From: an uncultured Gammaproteobacteria bacterium
GTDB lineage: Bacteria > Patescibacteriota > Microgenomatia > Daviesbacterales > UBA10151
Assembly: GCA_964441115.1 (NCBI GenBank)
Contig: CAYTXH010000002.1
Span: 23,994 to 56,963 of the forward strand
Direction: 5' to 3'
Length of the DNA: 32,970 bases
Position numbers and translations under genes: made by a program. The notes under the pieces were generated by a model, which saw only the letters and a program-made list of their open reading frames with translations, was not told the DNA's origin and made no database searches. Below are positions 1 to 8,838 of the stretch, piece by piece; position 1 is the first letter of the stretch; each line of letters starts with the position of its first letter.

Positions 1-1431
1 TGCCACTGATTCTGGCCAAATAATGCCTTTATCATCATGATGAATTTCAACAATTGTGGCTAAAGTCCGTCCAACACCGATACCGTAACAACCCATATAA
101 TAAGGGGCTTCTTGATCGTTTTGATTAATATAATTTGCCCCTGTCATTTTAGATGAGTAGTGATAACCAAGTTGGAAAATATTACCAACCTCAACCCCCT
201 TTTCTTGCTTTAGAACACCTTTGCCATCTGGAGCTTTATCGCCTTCTCTAGCTAAGGCGATATCAGCAATTTGATCAGGTTGATAATCTCGACCTAAATT
301 AATATTCATTAAATCTTTGAACTGTTTATTTGAGCCACCGTAGGCATTTTTAATGGTTTTCAAAGTTTCATCAGCTACAAGAATTAATTCAACATCTGAT
401 TCTAAATGATCTTTAATTCCGACTGGAGAAATAAAACCTGGTTCTGAATGAATTTTATTACGAATTTCTTCTTCAGTGGCAGCTCTTAGGTTATATGCGC
501 TAACAACATGTGCCAATTTAACTTCATTAACGTCATAATCACCTCTAATGACCGCTAAAATAAATCGGCCTTTATCGTCAACATACATCACATCTTTAAT
601 CTGTTGCCATAACGGTAATTTATGAAATTCAACGCCATCTTCCATGGTTTTACCTCTCTTAGCATCAACTTCTTCTAAAGCTTTTTCTGCCTCATCTAGA
701 TTTTTATCATCAACAATAAATTTGGCGACATCTTCATGCGCTGCATAAGAACGATCCTCATTAACAAAAAATTTACTTTCACCTGCATCAGTGACAACTA
801 CAAATTCGTGACAATATTCACCACCAATATAGCCGTTATCAGATTCTACGACCACCGAATCAAGTTCCATTTGCTTAAATATTCGCAAGTAAGTTTGCCA
901 CATATTTTGATATTCCTTTTTGAAATCTTCTTCATCAATGTGAAATGAATATCCGTCTTTCATCATAAATTCTCGAACTCGTAGTAAACCTCCCCGAGCT
1001 CTCATTTCATCACGGAATTTGGTGGAAAATTGATACAAACTAATTGGTAAATCACGATAACTAATTTGAAACTTACGGATTAAATCGACAAACATCTCTT
1101 CAGCAGTACCACCTAAGACAAATTCACCATCATTACGATCTTTTATTTTCATCAATTCAAAACCGACTGATGAGTTTCGATTCGTTTCTGCCCATAATGA
1201 TAATGGATGCAAAACTGGTGTAACCATTTCTTGAGAACCGCTAGCATCCATTTGTTTTTTTATTAGTTGCTGAATTTTTTGATGAACTCGTAATCCTAAG
1301 GGTAATAAATAATATCTACCGGCAGTACTCTCACGAATATAGCCAGCTCGATATAGCAACTGATGAGAGATTAATGTTGCGTCTTGCGGGGTTTGTTTAA
1401 TAGTTTTAGGAAATAATTTTGAATATCTCAT
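1..1431 (-). CDS. proS: Prolyl-tRNA synthetase, first ~477 codons (3' end of gene runs off the left edge)
   Basis: Absent from the ORF track because the frame is open to position 1. My translation from ATG 1431..1429 reads MRYSKLFPKTIKQTPQDATLISHQLLYRAGYIRESTAGRYYLLPLGLRVHQKI...FSTKFRDEMRARGGLLRVREFMMKDGYSF..., which is ProRS-like class II motifs. It stays open to ...DKGIIWPESVA at position 1. Confidence 0.85.
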   Translation of the reverse strand, partial: MRYSKLFPKTIKQTPQDATLISHQLLYRAGYIRESTAGRYYLLPLGLRVHQKIQQLIKKQMDASGSQEMVTPVLHPLSLWAETNRNSSVGFELMKIKDRNDGEFVLGGTAEEMFVDLIRKFQISYRDLPISLYQFSTKFRDEMRARGGLLRVREFMMKDGYSFHIDEEDFKKEYQNMWQTYLRIFKQMELDSVVVESDNGYIGGEYCHEFVVVTDAGESKFFVNEDRSYAAHEDVAKFIVDDKNLDEAEKALEEVDAKRGKTMEDGVEFHKLPLWQQIKDVMYVDDKGRFILAVIRGDYDVNEVKLAHVVSAYNLRAATEEEIRNKIHSEPGFISPVGIKDHLESDVELILVADETLKTIKNAYGGSNKQFKDLMNINLGRDYQPDQIADIALAREGDKAPDGKGVLKQEKGVEVGNIFQLGYHYSSKMTGANYINQNDQEAPYYMGCYGIGVGRTLATIVEIHHDDKGIIWPESVA

Positions 1432-1488
1432 TAGCCGATCTATTGTACATGTTTGAATAAACTATGAAAATAGTGAGTTACGCACGAC

Positions 1489-2805
1489 TTAAGGGCAACG
1501 GAAATCTACGTATCGATCTATTACGTAATTACCGGAGGTATTAACTGTCCCTCTTTCCACCCAATAGGTTGCGATAGTTGAGCGATTACTATCAGTTAAG
1601 TCAATAATAACTGGCACTCCAACTTGAATTGGAAAACTACTATCTAACAGATAACCACCAGTTCCTTGGCTATCATCGCCAATCGCATTACGAGTATTAA
1701 AAGCTGGATCAGCAGTAGCTGGATATTCTTTATATCGCCCAAACCGGACACTGTTACTACTGCTGCCTGACATTTGAACTGAAATAACACTGCTATTACA
1801 GGTAATCTCTAAACTAGAATCATTGGGTTGAGGAAACCAAATTGTGGCCGCAGACAGATCTAATACATTTCTTTTAGGACCGCCTGTCGAAGGATTTGGA
1901 GTCGATGCGGGATTCGCTGTTGGGGCACTTGGGTCAGCCGAACCTGGTGGAGTTGGAATTGAGGCCACACCAACTTCCGCTATCGGAGTTGCATATGGGA
2001 TTACCGAACTTGGGGATGTTGGAATTGAGGCCACGGTAACCATTCCTGATTCTCGATCGGGAGCTAGACTAGGTGGGACCGAAGGCTGAGTTGAATCATT
2101 AGGAAGAGAAGCTATAGTCGTTTCTCCTGTACCTGACTTATTGGCTTGATTCGATTCATCTGTATTTTGTGATGGTGTTGTTGAAGTCGGGGCTCCGCCA
2201 ATTCCGCCTTTATCCGTTTGCACATCAATCTGATTTCTAGCATATGCCTCAGACAGTTTCTTCATCCCATCACAATTACCAACATCTAAAAGACCTAAAC
2301 TAATACCATTAACGACACATTCAACTTTTGCTGCAACTTTAATAGTCGTAGTGGTTGTACTGGTCTTATTTGCAGAATTATTTGTTTTAGCAGTTGATGC
2401 GGATTGAGTCTGATAGGCTTTAGCTAACTTAGTCTGAGTTTCGGCACTATTCTTTTGAAACTCTTTTATCAATTCTTGTCGACGATTAACATTACTGACT
2501 CGGCTAATTTCTGCTACTGTTTCTTCATTTTGCTTAATAATTTCATCGATTAAGGATTGAGTATCTTCCCCTTTTTGAGCGACAGCTATCATTTCTTTGA
2601 GACGGGTATTTGATTGAGAGACACTAAACATGGCTTTGGTATTCGGATTGACTGAAGCAATCGCCATGACACCATTTTCGACTAACCGTTTAACCGGATA
2701 GCGGAGATCACCTGGCAGTGCATCTTGAGATACATAAGCTAATATGGCGGGTGGAAATAAGGCAATACCAATGATCATAATTATGATCATGATTATTCGA
2801 ACCAT
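1489..2805 (-). CDS. N-terminally membrane-anchored protein: DUF5667-like helical region, Ser/Thr/Pro-rich linker, Cys-containing beta-rich C-terminal domain
   Basis: 438-aa ORF. It has a hydrophobic N-terminus (IIMIIIMIIGIALFPPAILA) followed by LPGDLRYPVKRLVENG...TRLKEM, the pattern I associate with DUF5667. A long S/T/P/A low-complexity segment carries repeated VASIPT(S/P)P. Confidence 0.7.
   Translation of the reverse strand: MVRIIMIIIMIIGIALFPPAILAYVSQDALPGDLRYPVKRLVENGVMAIASVNPNTKAMFSVSQSNTRLKEMIAVAQKGEDTQSLIDEIIKQNEETVAEISRVSNVNRRQELIKEFQKNSAETQTKLAKAYQTQSASTAKTNNSANKTSTTTTTIKVAAKVECVVNGISLGLLDVGNCDGMKKLSEAYARNQIDVQTDKGGIGGAPTSTTPSQNTDESNQANKSGTGETTIASLPNDSTQPSVPPSLAPDRESGMVTVASIPTSPSSVIPYATPIAEVGVASIPTPPGSADPSAPTANPASTPNPSTGGPKRNVLDLSAATIWFPQPNDSSLEITCNSSVISVQMSGSSSNSVRFGRYKEYPATADPAFNTRNAIGDDSQGTGGYLLDSSFPIQVGVPVIIDLTDSNRSTIATYWVERGTVNTSGNYVIDRYVDFRCP
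1952..2034. repeat. Perfect 17-nt direct repeat GTTGGAATTGAGGCCAC (1952-1968 and 2018-2034), 66 nt apart, inside the S/T/P-rich coding region
   Basis: Read directly from the sequence. On the coding (minus) strand both copies encode VASIPT. Confidence 0.9.
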
Positions 2806-2860
2806 ACATTTAGTGTATCTGTCTTAGCGAATGCTGGCAATAGTCTGACGAAGCGAGTAA

Positions 2861-3994
2861 TTAAACAAATATTTTAAAAATATCTGAGGCTGTAATGACA
2901 ATAATTAAACCAATTAAGATAAACAATCCGATGGTATGAACATATTTTTCAAAAGTTGGATGTGGTTTCTTGCGAGTAACGGCTTCGATCATTAAGAATA
3001 ATAACCTACCACCATCTAATCCAGGGAATGGCAAAATATTAACCACTGCTAAATTAAGCGACAATGCAGCAATAAAATCTAAATACGGAATTAACGGATT
3101 ATTAACTTTTAGGATCTGATCAACAATGCCGGTAATACCAATTGGTCCAGCTACATTTTCTAAAACAGGTTGGGGATTCCTTTGAGCAAACGATCTAGCA
3201 ATAGTTTTACCCAAAATATCCACTGAATAAGCACCAATATTCCAGCTATGTATCGGTCCAACTAAGAGTTTTTGCCAACCTTCGTTATAGTCTAAATTAG
3301 CAATTTGTAAGCTGTCTAATCCAATACCCAAAGCACCTTGACCAGCCGGTGGATCGACTCTTGGAGTTACTTCAATCGAGCGATAAGTTGATTTCTTAAT
3401 ATCGGTTAAAGTTAATTTAATTTGTTGACCCGCATTTTGTTTTGTTAGATTAATTAACTCTGTATGATCTTTTAAGAACTGATCATTAAAGGCAATTACT
3501 CGCTCCCCGGCTTTGATTCCAACAGATTGAGCTGGCGATTGATCCGCTACAAAGGTGATAAGAATCACAGTTTCATTAGTTTGATTTACACCGACAAATT
3601 TATGCTCGGATAATAACGGGATCTGAGTTTGAAAATTTTGACTTGCTAAAACAACAGTGTATAAAATCCAGGCTAAGATTAAATTCATGAAAACACCGGC
3701 AACTACAACAGCAATCCTTTTTAATACATGTTGTGAAGCGAATGATCGATTGTCTTCTAAGTTCTCCTTCTTATTATCATCTTCGCCTAATAAATGAACA
3801 AATCCGCCAAATGGTAACCAATTTAGGGAGAAAATTGTTTCACCAATCTTTTTACCCCAAGCTCGTGGTGGTAAACCAAAACCAAATTCTAAAACTTTAA
3901 TATTGAATTTTTTAGCAGCTAAATAATGTCCTAGTTCGTGAATAAGAACTAATAAACCGATGGTGATAATAAAAATTATTATTGTGAATAACAT
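2861..3994 (-). CDS. rseP: RseP-type site-2 protease (peptidase M50 with internal PDZ-like insert)
   Basis: HELGHY (HExxH) lies in the first TM segment, and NILPFPGLDGGRL (LDG motif) lies near the C-terminus. The central soluble insert is of PDZ size. 377 aa. Confidence 0.88.
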   Translation of the reverse strand: MLFTIIIFIITIGLLVLIHELGHYLAAKKFNIKVLEFGFGLPPRAWGKKIGETIFSLNWLPFGGFVHLLGEDDNKKENLEDNRSFASQHVLKRIAVVVAGVFMNLILAWILYTVVLASQNFQTQIPLLSEHKFVGVNQTNETVILITFVADQSPAQSVGIKAGERVIAFNDQFLKDHTELINLTKQNAGQQIKLTLTDIKKSTYRSIEVTPRVDPPAGQGALGIGLDSLQIANLDYNEGWQKLLVGPIHSWNIGAYSVDILGKTIARSFAQRNPQPVLENVAGPIGITGIVDQILKVNNPLIPYLDFIAALSLNLAVVNILPFPGLDGGRLLFLMIEAVTRKKPHPTFEKYVHTIGLFILIGLIIVITASDIFKIFV

Positions 3995-4072
3995 AATTGA
4001 GAATTACTTTAGGTTCAACTTCAGAATACAGTCTACCGTATCTATGATAAAAACAAAAGTCTTTGTTTGAAA

Positions 4073-4627
4073 TTAGATCTGGGTTAGTTCAGCCTCTTTA
4101 ACTTTAACTAATTCGCTGATTTGATCTGTGACTTTATCTAGTAAATCCTGAAGCATTTTTTCTCGGCGGAAAAGTTCATCTTCGCCAATTTCACCGTCAG
4201 TTTTTAATTTTTCCCAAGCATTTCTTTCATCGCCTCGGATTTGTCGAATAGCGATTCGGCATTCTTCACCTTTTTGGTGAGAAATTTTAATGAATTCTTG
4301 TCGGCGCTCGGCACTAAGCGGTGGAATTGGTAAACGAATAACTTGACCTTCAGTATTAGGAGTTAATCCTAAGCTAGATTCCTGAATCGCCTTCTCAATC
4401 GTTTTAACAACATCAGCGTCCCAAACTTGAATTTGTAACATTGATGTTTGTGGTGCAGTAATAGTTCCCAATTCCATTAATTTCATCCGACCACCATAAG
4501 CTTCAATAGGTAATTCTTCGATTAATGAAGGATTTGCTCGTCCTGCGCGAATAGAGGCTAATTCTTTTTTTAAATGTTCGAGGGTGTGAATAAGTTTTTC
4601 GTTAACTGGTTGTAAAAATGGTTCCAT
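4073..4627 (-). CDS. frr: Ribosome recycling factor
   Basis: 184 aa. LKKELASIRAGRANPSLIE..., IRLPIPPLSAERRQEFIK and IRQIRGD match canonical RRF sequence features. The gene sits in the conserved rpsB-tsf-frr order. Confidence 0.95.
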   Translation of the reverse strand: MEPFLQPVNEKLIHTLEHLKKELASIRAGRANPSLIEELPIEAYGGRMKLMELGTITAPQTSMLQIQVWDADVVKTIEKAIQESSLGLTPNTEGQVIRLPIPPLSAERRQEFIKISHQKGEECRIAIRQIRGDERNAWEKLKTDGEIGEDELFRREKMLQDLLDKVTDQISELVKVKEAELTQI

Positions 4628-4692
4628 ATTGTTACTTAGATTTGTAGATTAATAGATTTATAGACTGTCAAAATATCTATATGTCTAATACT

Positions 4693-5148
4693 CTATTTCC
4701 CTAATTCGATCCGTGAATAATTTCCAATTTGAATATTCTCACCTAACTTAGCAACTGCAGCTTTAACTAAATCTTCAATAGTTTGAGAACCGTCTTTGAT
4801 ATATTCTTGTTTTAGTAAATCTTCTTTTGATTCTGGATTCATTGAAGCAATTTGCATAGCTACATCGTGAGCTAAAGCTTTGAAGTCTTCTGTTTTAGCA
4901 ACGAAGTCTGTTTCGCACAAAATTTCAACTAAAACACCAATTCGACCACCGTGAGAATAGGTTTCAACAATACCAGCGTTAACTTCCCGATCAGATTTTG
5001 AAGCAGCTTTATCTAAACCTTTTTGCTTTAAAACATCTTTAGCTTTAGACATATCACCATTAGCTTCTTCTAAAGCTTGGCGACAATCTGCAATACCAGC
5101 TCCTGTTTCTTCTCGTAATGTTTTAATTTGATCAACGCTAACTGCCAT
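4693..5148 (-). CDS. tsf: Elongation factor Ts, unusually short (151 aa)
   Basis: The N-terminal UBA-like segment IKTLREETGAGIADCRQALEEANGDMSKAKDVLKQKG and the ETDFVAKTEDF core motif are present. The gene lies immediately downstream of rpsB. Confidence 0.85.
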   Translation of the reverse strand: MAVSVDQIKTLREETGAGIADCRQALEEANGDMSKAKDVLKQKGLDKAASKSDREVNAGIVETYSHGGRIGVLVEILCETDFVAKTEDFKALAHDVAMQIASMNPESKEDLLKQEYIKDGSQTIEDLVKAAVAKLGENIQIGNYSRIELGK

Positions 5149-5166
5149 TTGTTTATTCTACTTTCT

Positions 5167-5973
5167 TTAGGACTTTGCAACAACTACTTTTTCAGCTGCT
5201 TCTTTTTTTGCTGCTGCTTCTGCTGCAACTTTTTTAGCATCTTCGGCTTCTTTTTCTTCTGCTGCTTTTACAACATCAGCCCGATGTCCTTTTCGGCCCT
5301 CAGTATATGCATTAATAATAGTTTCAGCTAGTAATTTGATTGATTTAATACCATCATCATTAGCAGGAATTGGGTAATCTACTAAATCTGGATTAGAATT
5401 AGTATCGGCTAAACCAATCATTGGTAATTTTAAGCGAGTAGCTTCTTTAACTGCAGTAATATCTGAAACGATATCTAAAATAAATAAAGCATCTGGAACT
5501 TTAGTTAATTCAGCAACTCCACCCAATTCTCGAACGAATTTTTCAACTTTTCGACCGATTAATAATTGTTCTTTCTTTGTATATCGAGATAAAGTTCCAG
5601 CTATTTGTTCTTTTCGTAAGTCATTTAATTTTCGGAAAGTTTTTCGAATTTCATCAAAATTAGTTAATAATCCACCAACCCAACGGGCTGATAAATATGG
5701 GATTTCTTGATCTTTAGTCGCTTCATTAACAATTTCTCGAGCTTGCTTTTTTGTTCCCACAACTAATAATAATTTACCTTCTCGCCCTAATTTATTAGCA
5801 AATTCAGCAGCTTCTTTTAATTTTGCCTCAGATTTTTCTAAATCGATGATTTGGATGCCGTCTCGAGCTCCGAAGATATAACGTTTAGCTTTTGGATTGC
5901 CACGAGAAACTTTGTGTCCAAAATGAACACCTGCTTCTAACATTTCTTGCATTGATGGTACTGTAATTGCCAT
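5167..5973 (-). CDS. rpsB: 30S ribosomal protein S2 with Ala/Lys/Glu-rich C-terminal tail
   Basis: MLEAGVHFGHKVSRGNPK, WVGGLLTNF and LADTNSNPDLVDYPIPANDD are S2 hallmarks. 268 aa. Confidence 0.95.
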   Translation of the reverse strand: MAITVPSMQEMLEAGVHFGHKVSRGNPKAKRYIFGARDGIQIIDLEKSEAKLKEAAEFANKLGREGKLLLVVGTKKQAREIVNEATKDQEIPYLSARWVGGLLTNFDEIRKTFRKLNDLRKEQIAGTLSRYTKKEQLLIGRKVEKFVRELGGVAELTKVPDALFILDIVSDITAVKEATRLKLPMIGLADTNSNPDLVDYPIPANDDGIKSIKLLAETIINAYTEGRKGHRADVVKAAEEKEAEDAKKVAAEAAAKKEAAEKVVVAKS

Positions 5974-6016
5974 TGTTTTGATTTATTTCCAGAAGAAAGA
6001 CGAAGAGAGACTCATC

Positions 6017-6070
6017 GTTTTCCTTCAACAACTCTAATGCTCGAATCTTCAGGAAAACATCAGCATTAGA
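6017..6070 (-). promoter_or_regulatory. Candidate structured rpsB 5'-UTR element: two interleaved stems (pseudoknot or alternative hairpins)
   Basis: 6017-6024 (GTTTTCCT) is complementary to 6051-6058 (AGGAAAAC), giving 8 bp. 6033-6041 (TCTAATGCT) is complementary to 6062-6070 (AGCATTAGA), giving 9 bp. The strand order is A-B-A'-B'. The element lies between the predicted rpsB promoter and the ATG at 5973. Confidence 0.4.
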
Positions 6071-6084
6071 TGATTAGTTATGGA

Positions 6085-6113
6085 ATTCTAACAACTTATA
6101 ACGAAAAAATCAA
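6085..6113 (-). promoter_or_regulatory. Sigma-70-type promoter for rpsB-tsf(-frr)
   Basis: Minus strand reads TTGATT (6113-6108), a 17-nt spacer, then TAGAAT (6090-6085) preceded by TGT (extended -10). Confidence 0.55.
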
Positions 6114-6160
6114 CAACTTGAATCCATCAAGCAATATTAATAACCTGTTAGTAAATTATT

Positions 6161-6946
6161 ATGAGACGCATAGTGGAGAATTACAAAGATGAACTTTCAC
6201 GACTTTGGGAAACAAGTCACTATTTACCTGCACATAAGAAGTCTAGTTTACCGACAGATAGTAAGTCAATTTTTGAAGCATATTTAAACTCTGTATCTTG
6301 TCAGCAATTTAAAGATCAATCCGAAACAGCAGAGTTTAAGCAACGAGTTGATAGACATCCATATCAATCATTTGATGCAATCTGTTCTGGAATTTGGGAA
6401 CAAGTAGCATATACGTTTGCATCACTTAATAGTTGCCCTACTACCCGTATAGTATCTGGAAATAATGCTTTAGATTTTTTTAGGAATCTATTATTTCCTG
6501 ACCTGCGAATCTGCAAAAACCCTTTAGGCTCAGATTGGTTAACATTAAAAAGTAATCCTGACTTTCTGGGTCTATCAAAGCATGAGCGAGGGGTTCCAAT
6601 GATTACTGACTACTTTGAAGCTACATTGTCACACCCAAATATAAAACCTAGCTATTTTAAAAATAAAAGTCAGATATTAGTTGAATATTCACGTCGGTTT
6701 CCGAAAATTTTCTGTGATACTAATTTGGTATTTGCAGTCCCTAAATCTGTAAGTATTGATCCAAATAGATTTGATCCAAGTTGTAATTCCAAAACCAACT
6801 TATTGTTGGTGGAGATGACTCATGAAGAGTATTTTGAATCTATTGGAGAGTTCGCTACTGAATTAGAATACTTTGGTAATCCAGAGGCCTGGAAAAATTA
6901 TATTGATAATAGAATCAATCATGCTCGCCGAAAGATTATGGTTTAA
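6161..6946 (+). CDS. Hypothetical protein (261 aa); only plus-strand gene in the first 24.6 kb
   Basis: Long uninterrupted ORF with no competing ORF. I could recognise no motif. It is convergent with thyX. Confidence 0.6.
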   Translation: MRRIVENYKDELSRLWETSHYLPAHKKSSLPTDSKSIFEAYLNSVSCQQFKDQSETAEFKQRVDRHPYQSFDAICSGIWEQVAYTFASLNSCPTTRIVSGNNALDFFRNLLFPDLRICKNPLGSDWLTLKSNPDFLGLSKHERGVPMITDYFEATLSHPNIKPSYFKNKSQILVEYSRRFPKIFCDTNLVFAVPKSVSIDPNRFDPSCNSKTNLLLVEMTHEEYFESIGEFATELEYFGNPEAWKNYIDNRINHARRKIMV

Positions 6947-7014
6947 TTCCTAATACCTAAGTCCCTTGCTCATCTGGGGGTTATATTTGCAGTTAATAAC
7001 TCTCTAAGATGCTG

Positions 7015-8838
7015 TTATTTGCGCTCTAATTGAGATAACTTTTTATCAATCTTTTTCTCAGATTCTCGACGAGACAAACTGTAGTCATTCATATCAACTT
7101 CAATTGATTGAAAAACCGAAGGATCAACTTTCGCAGCTTCTGCAGCTATTTGTTGGCAAACTTGACGATAATGAGGTCGACCCTGAGGACCAGTTCGAAG
7201 TTCAACCATCCAGTAAATTGATCTGGCAGTTAATTTCATGTGCCAATGTTGGTAATAGCCAAAGGGAATAGCATATTGTGCTAAATAAGGAGACAATTTG
7301 GCTAATTGCTGATAAATAACAGCTGCCTTCTTAAAAACTTGATGGAATTGTTCCGCAAATTCTGATTGTTCAACCTCAGATTCTAAACCATAACCCCATT
7401 CCGTGGTAAAAGGAGGATGAACTTCAGTATTTTGACGATGACGATGGAGATCACGATAATCGCCCCCTCGTGCCCAAAGTGAAAATCGGTATTCAGCTTC
7501 TTCAAAAGCGCGTGGAACTTTGCGGAAACGAACTGCCTGGCGATTGGGCTGTTTATCCCCTAATTTTCGCTCAGACAAAATTTGTTGTAACCATTGGTTT
7601 CTCTTTTTAGCTGATAATTTAGTTAAAGCTTGACGAATTTGTCCGTAAGATTGATCAGTTGGGGCACTAAGAATAAAGGCCGCTAAAATTTCGATATCAG
7701 CATCTGGTGTTGATGTAACTAGTTTAGCCCATTTTCCAGCTTTAAAATCGAAAGATTTAACGGGCTTTAACTCTTTAGCTAAATCGATAGCTGTAGCTAA
7801 TAGATTTGTCCGGTAGATTTGGACTTGAGCTCCCCGCTCTGTTTGAGGTCTTTCGACAAAGGAAGGAACAATTTGAGCTAACTCATTAGTGATGGCTTGA
7901 CCTAACCACCTGTATTCACCAATTGGATAATCTAATAAACGGGCGATTAGATCTTCAAAGGCTCGACCGTTACCAAACATAGCGATATTATTTTGGGTAG
8001 CAAATGGTAATAGATCGCGGATATCGTCAAAACGTTTGGCCCCGCGTGAACCATTAAAAGCGCGATCAGTTTCATCTGCTTCTTGGGGATATCTTTGCTT
8101 AATATAATCAAGATAAGGTTCAGATATTTGAGAATAAAGATCAAATAATTGATCCATTGCTTGGCGATAAGCAGCTTCATATTTGCTACCTCGGATTTCA
8201 CCGGGAACTAAATATTGATAATCACCATCGGCTCGTCGGTCAGAGAAACTGACATACCGACTAGATTTAACTAAAGGAGAGATCCCAATTCTTTTATTAA
8301 CTATTTCTTCTAGAACTAAACTCGAAATACCTTCACAAAATAAATGGACTCCCCCTAGTTCTTCGATAGAATCATCTCCATAACCGGCTAACCAAATCTG
8401 GAAAAATTTACGGCCACGCTGCACATTTAATACTTTATCTAAACTGCCATGAGGAGAATTCAAAAATTCAATGTACTCTAATAGTTCTTGGCTCAAAACA
8501 TTAGCTTGTTTCTGATCAGCTTTTGACAATTCGGCCCAATTTTTTTGTCGATCAGGATAAGCAATTGGTTTAATGTATTCTTCTAAAAACATCCGACGAA
8601 TACTGTGAACTGATCTGCTGTATCTGGAAGATAAAGCTCCGATAACTTCTTCTGGTAAATTTCGAGCAATAAAAACTGGCTTATCAACATTGGTAAAAAA
8701 GGGCTTTAAAAACTTTAATTCGTCTTTAGTAAATTTTTCAGGGGTATAAGATGGCGCAAATTGCGATAAGTCTAAATCGTAGGGCAATGGATTGGCTTTA
8801 TAACGTTTTTTAATTTTTAGATGTTGTGTAGGTTGCAT
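7015..8838 (-). CDS. thyX: FAD-dependent thymidylate synthase ThyX-like, long tandem (two-domain) form, 607 aa
   Basis: The C-terminal half has DLHRHRQN (the RHR of the ThyX signature). It also has YAIPFGYYQHWHMKLTARSIYWMVELRTGPQG, which resembles ThyX ...LPLNLYT.F.WT.NARSL.NF..LR. The N-terminal half has HLFCEGISSLVLEEIVNKRIGISPLVKSSRY (degenerate RHR..S.RY) and FGNGRAFEDLIARLL (NARSL-like). Confidence 0.8.
   Translation of the reverse strand: MQPTQHLKIKKRYKANPLPYDLDLSQFAPSYTPEKFTKDELKFLKPFFTNVDKPVFIARNLPEEVIGALSSRYSRSVHSIRRMFLEEYIKPIAYPDRQKNWAELSKADQKQANVLSQELLEYIEFLNSPHGSLDKVLNVQRGRKFFQIWLAGYGDDSIEELGGVHLFCEGISSLVLEEIVNKRIGISPLVKSSRYVSFSDRRADGDYQYLVPGEIRGSKYEAAYRQAMDQLFDLYSQISEPYLDYIKQRYPQEADETDRAFNGSRGAKRFDDIRDLLPFATQNNIAMFGNGRAFEDLIARLLDYPIGEYRWLGQAITNELAQIVPSFVERPQTERGAQVQIYRTNLLATAIDLAKELKPVKSFDFKAGKWAKLVTSTPDADIEILAAFILSAPTDQSYGQIRQALTKLSAKKRNQWLQQILSERKLGDKQPNRQAVRFRKVPRAFEEAEYRFSLWARGGDYRDLHRHRQNTEVHPPFTTEWGYGLESEVEQSEFAEQFHQVFKKAAVIYQQLAKLSPYLAQYAIPFGYYQHWHMKLTARSIYWMVELRTGPQGRPHYRQVCQQIAAEAAKVDPSVFQSIEVDMNDYSLSRRESEKKIDKKLSQLERK

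Noticed and set aside
736-948. 70-aa plus-strand ORF
   Set aside because: It lies entirely antisense inside the proS coding region, which has clear ProRS motifs. It has low-complexity AT-driven composition.
1844-2089. 81-aa plus-strand ORF (Gly/Ala-rich)
   Set aside because: It is the antisense shadow of the GC-richer S/T/P-rich segment of the 438-aa ORF and has no independent support.
5128-5331. 67-aa plus-strand ORF (Phe/Cys-rich)
   Set aside because: It is antisense to the tsf start and the Ala/Lys/Glu-rich tail of rpsB. It is a composition artefact.
7947-8201. 84-aa minus-strand ORF inside thyX
   Set aside because: It is an alternative frame within the 607-aa ThyX-like ORF, which carries recognisable motifs throughout.
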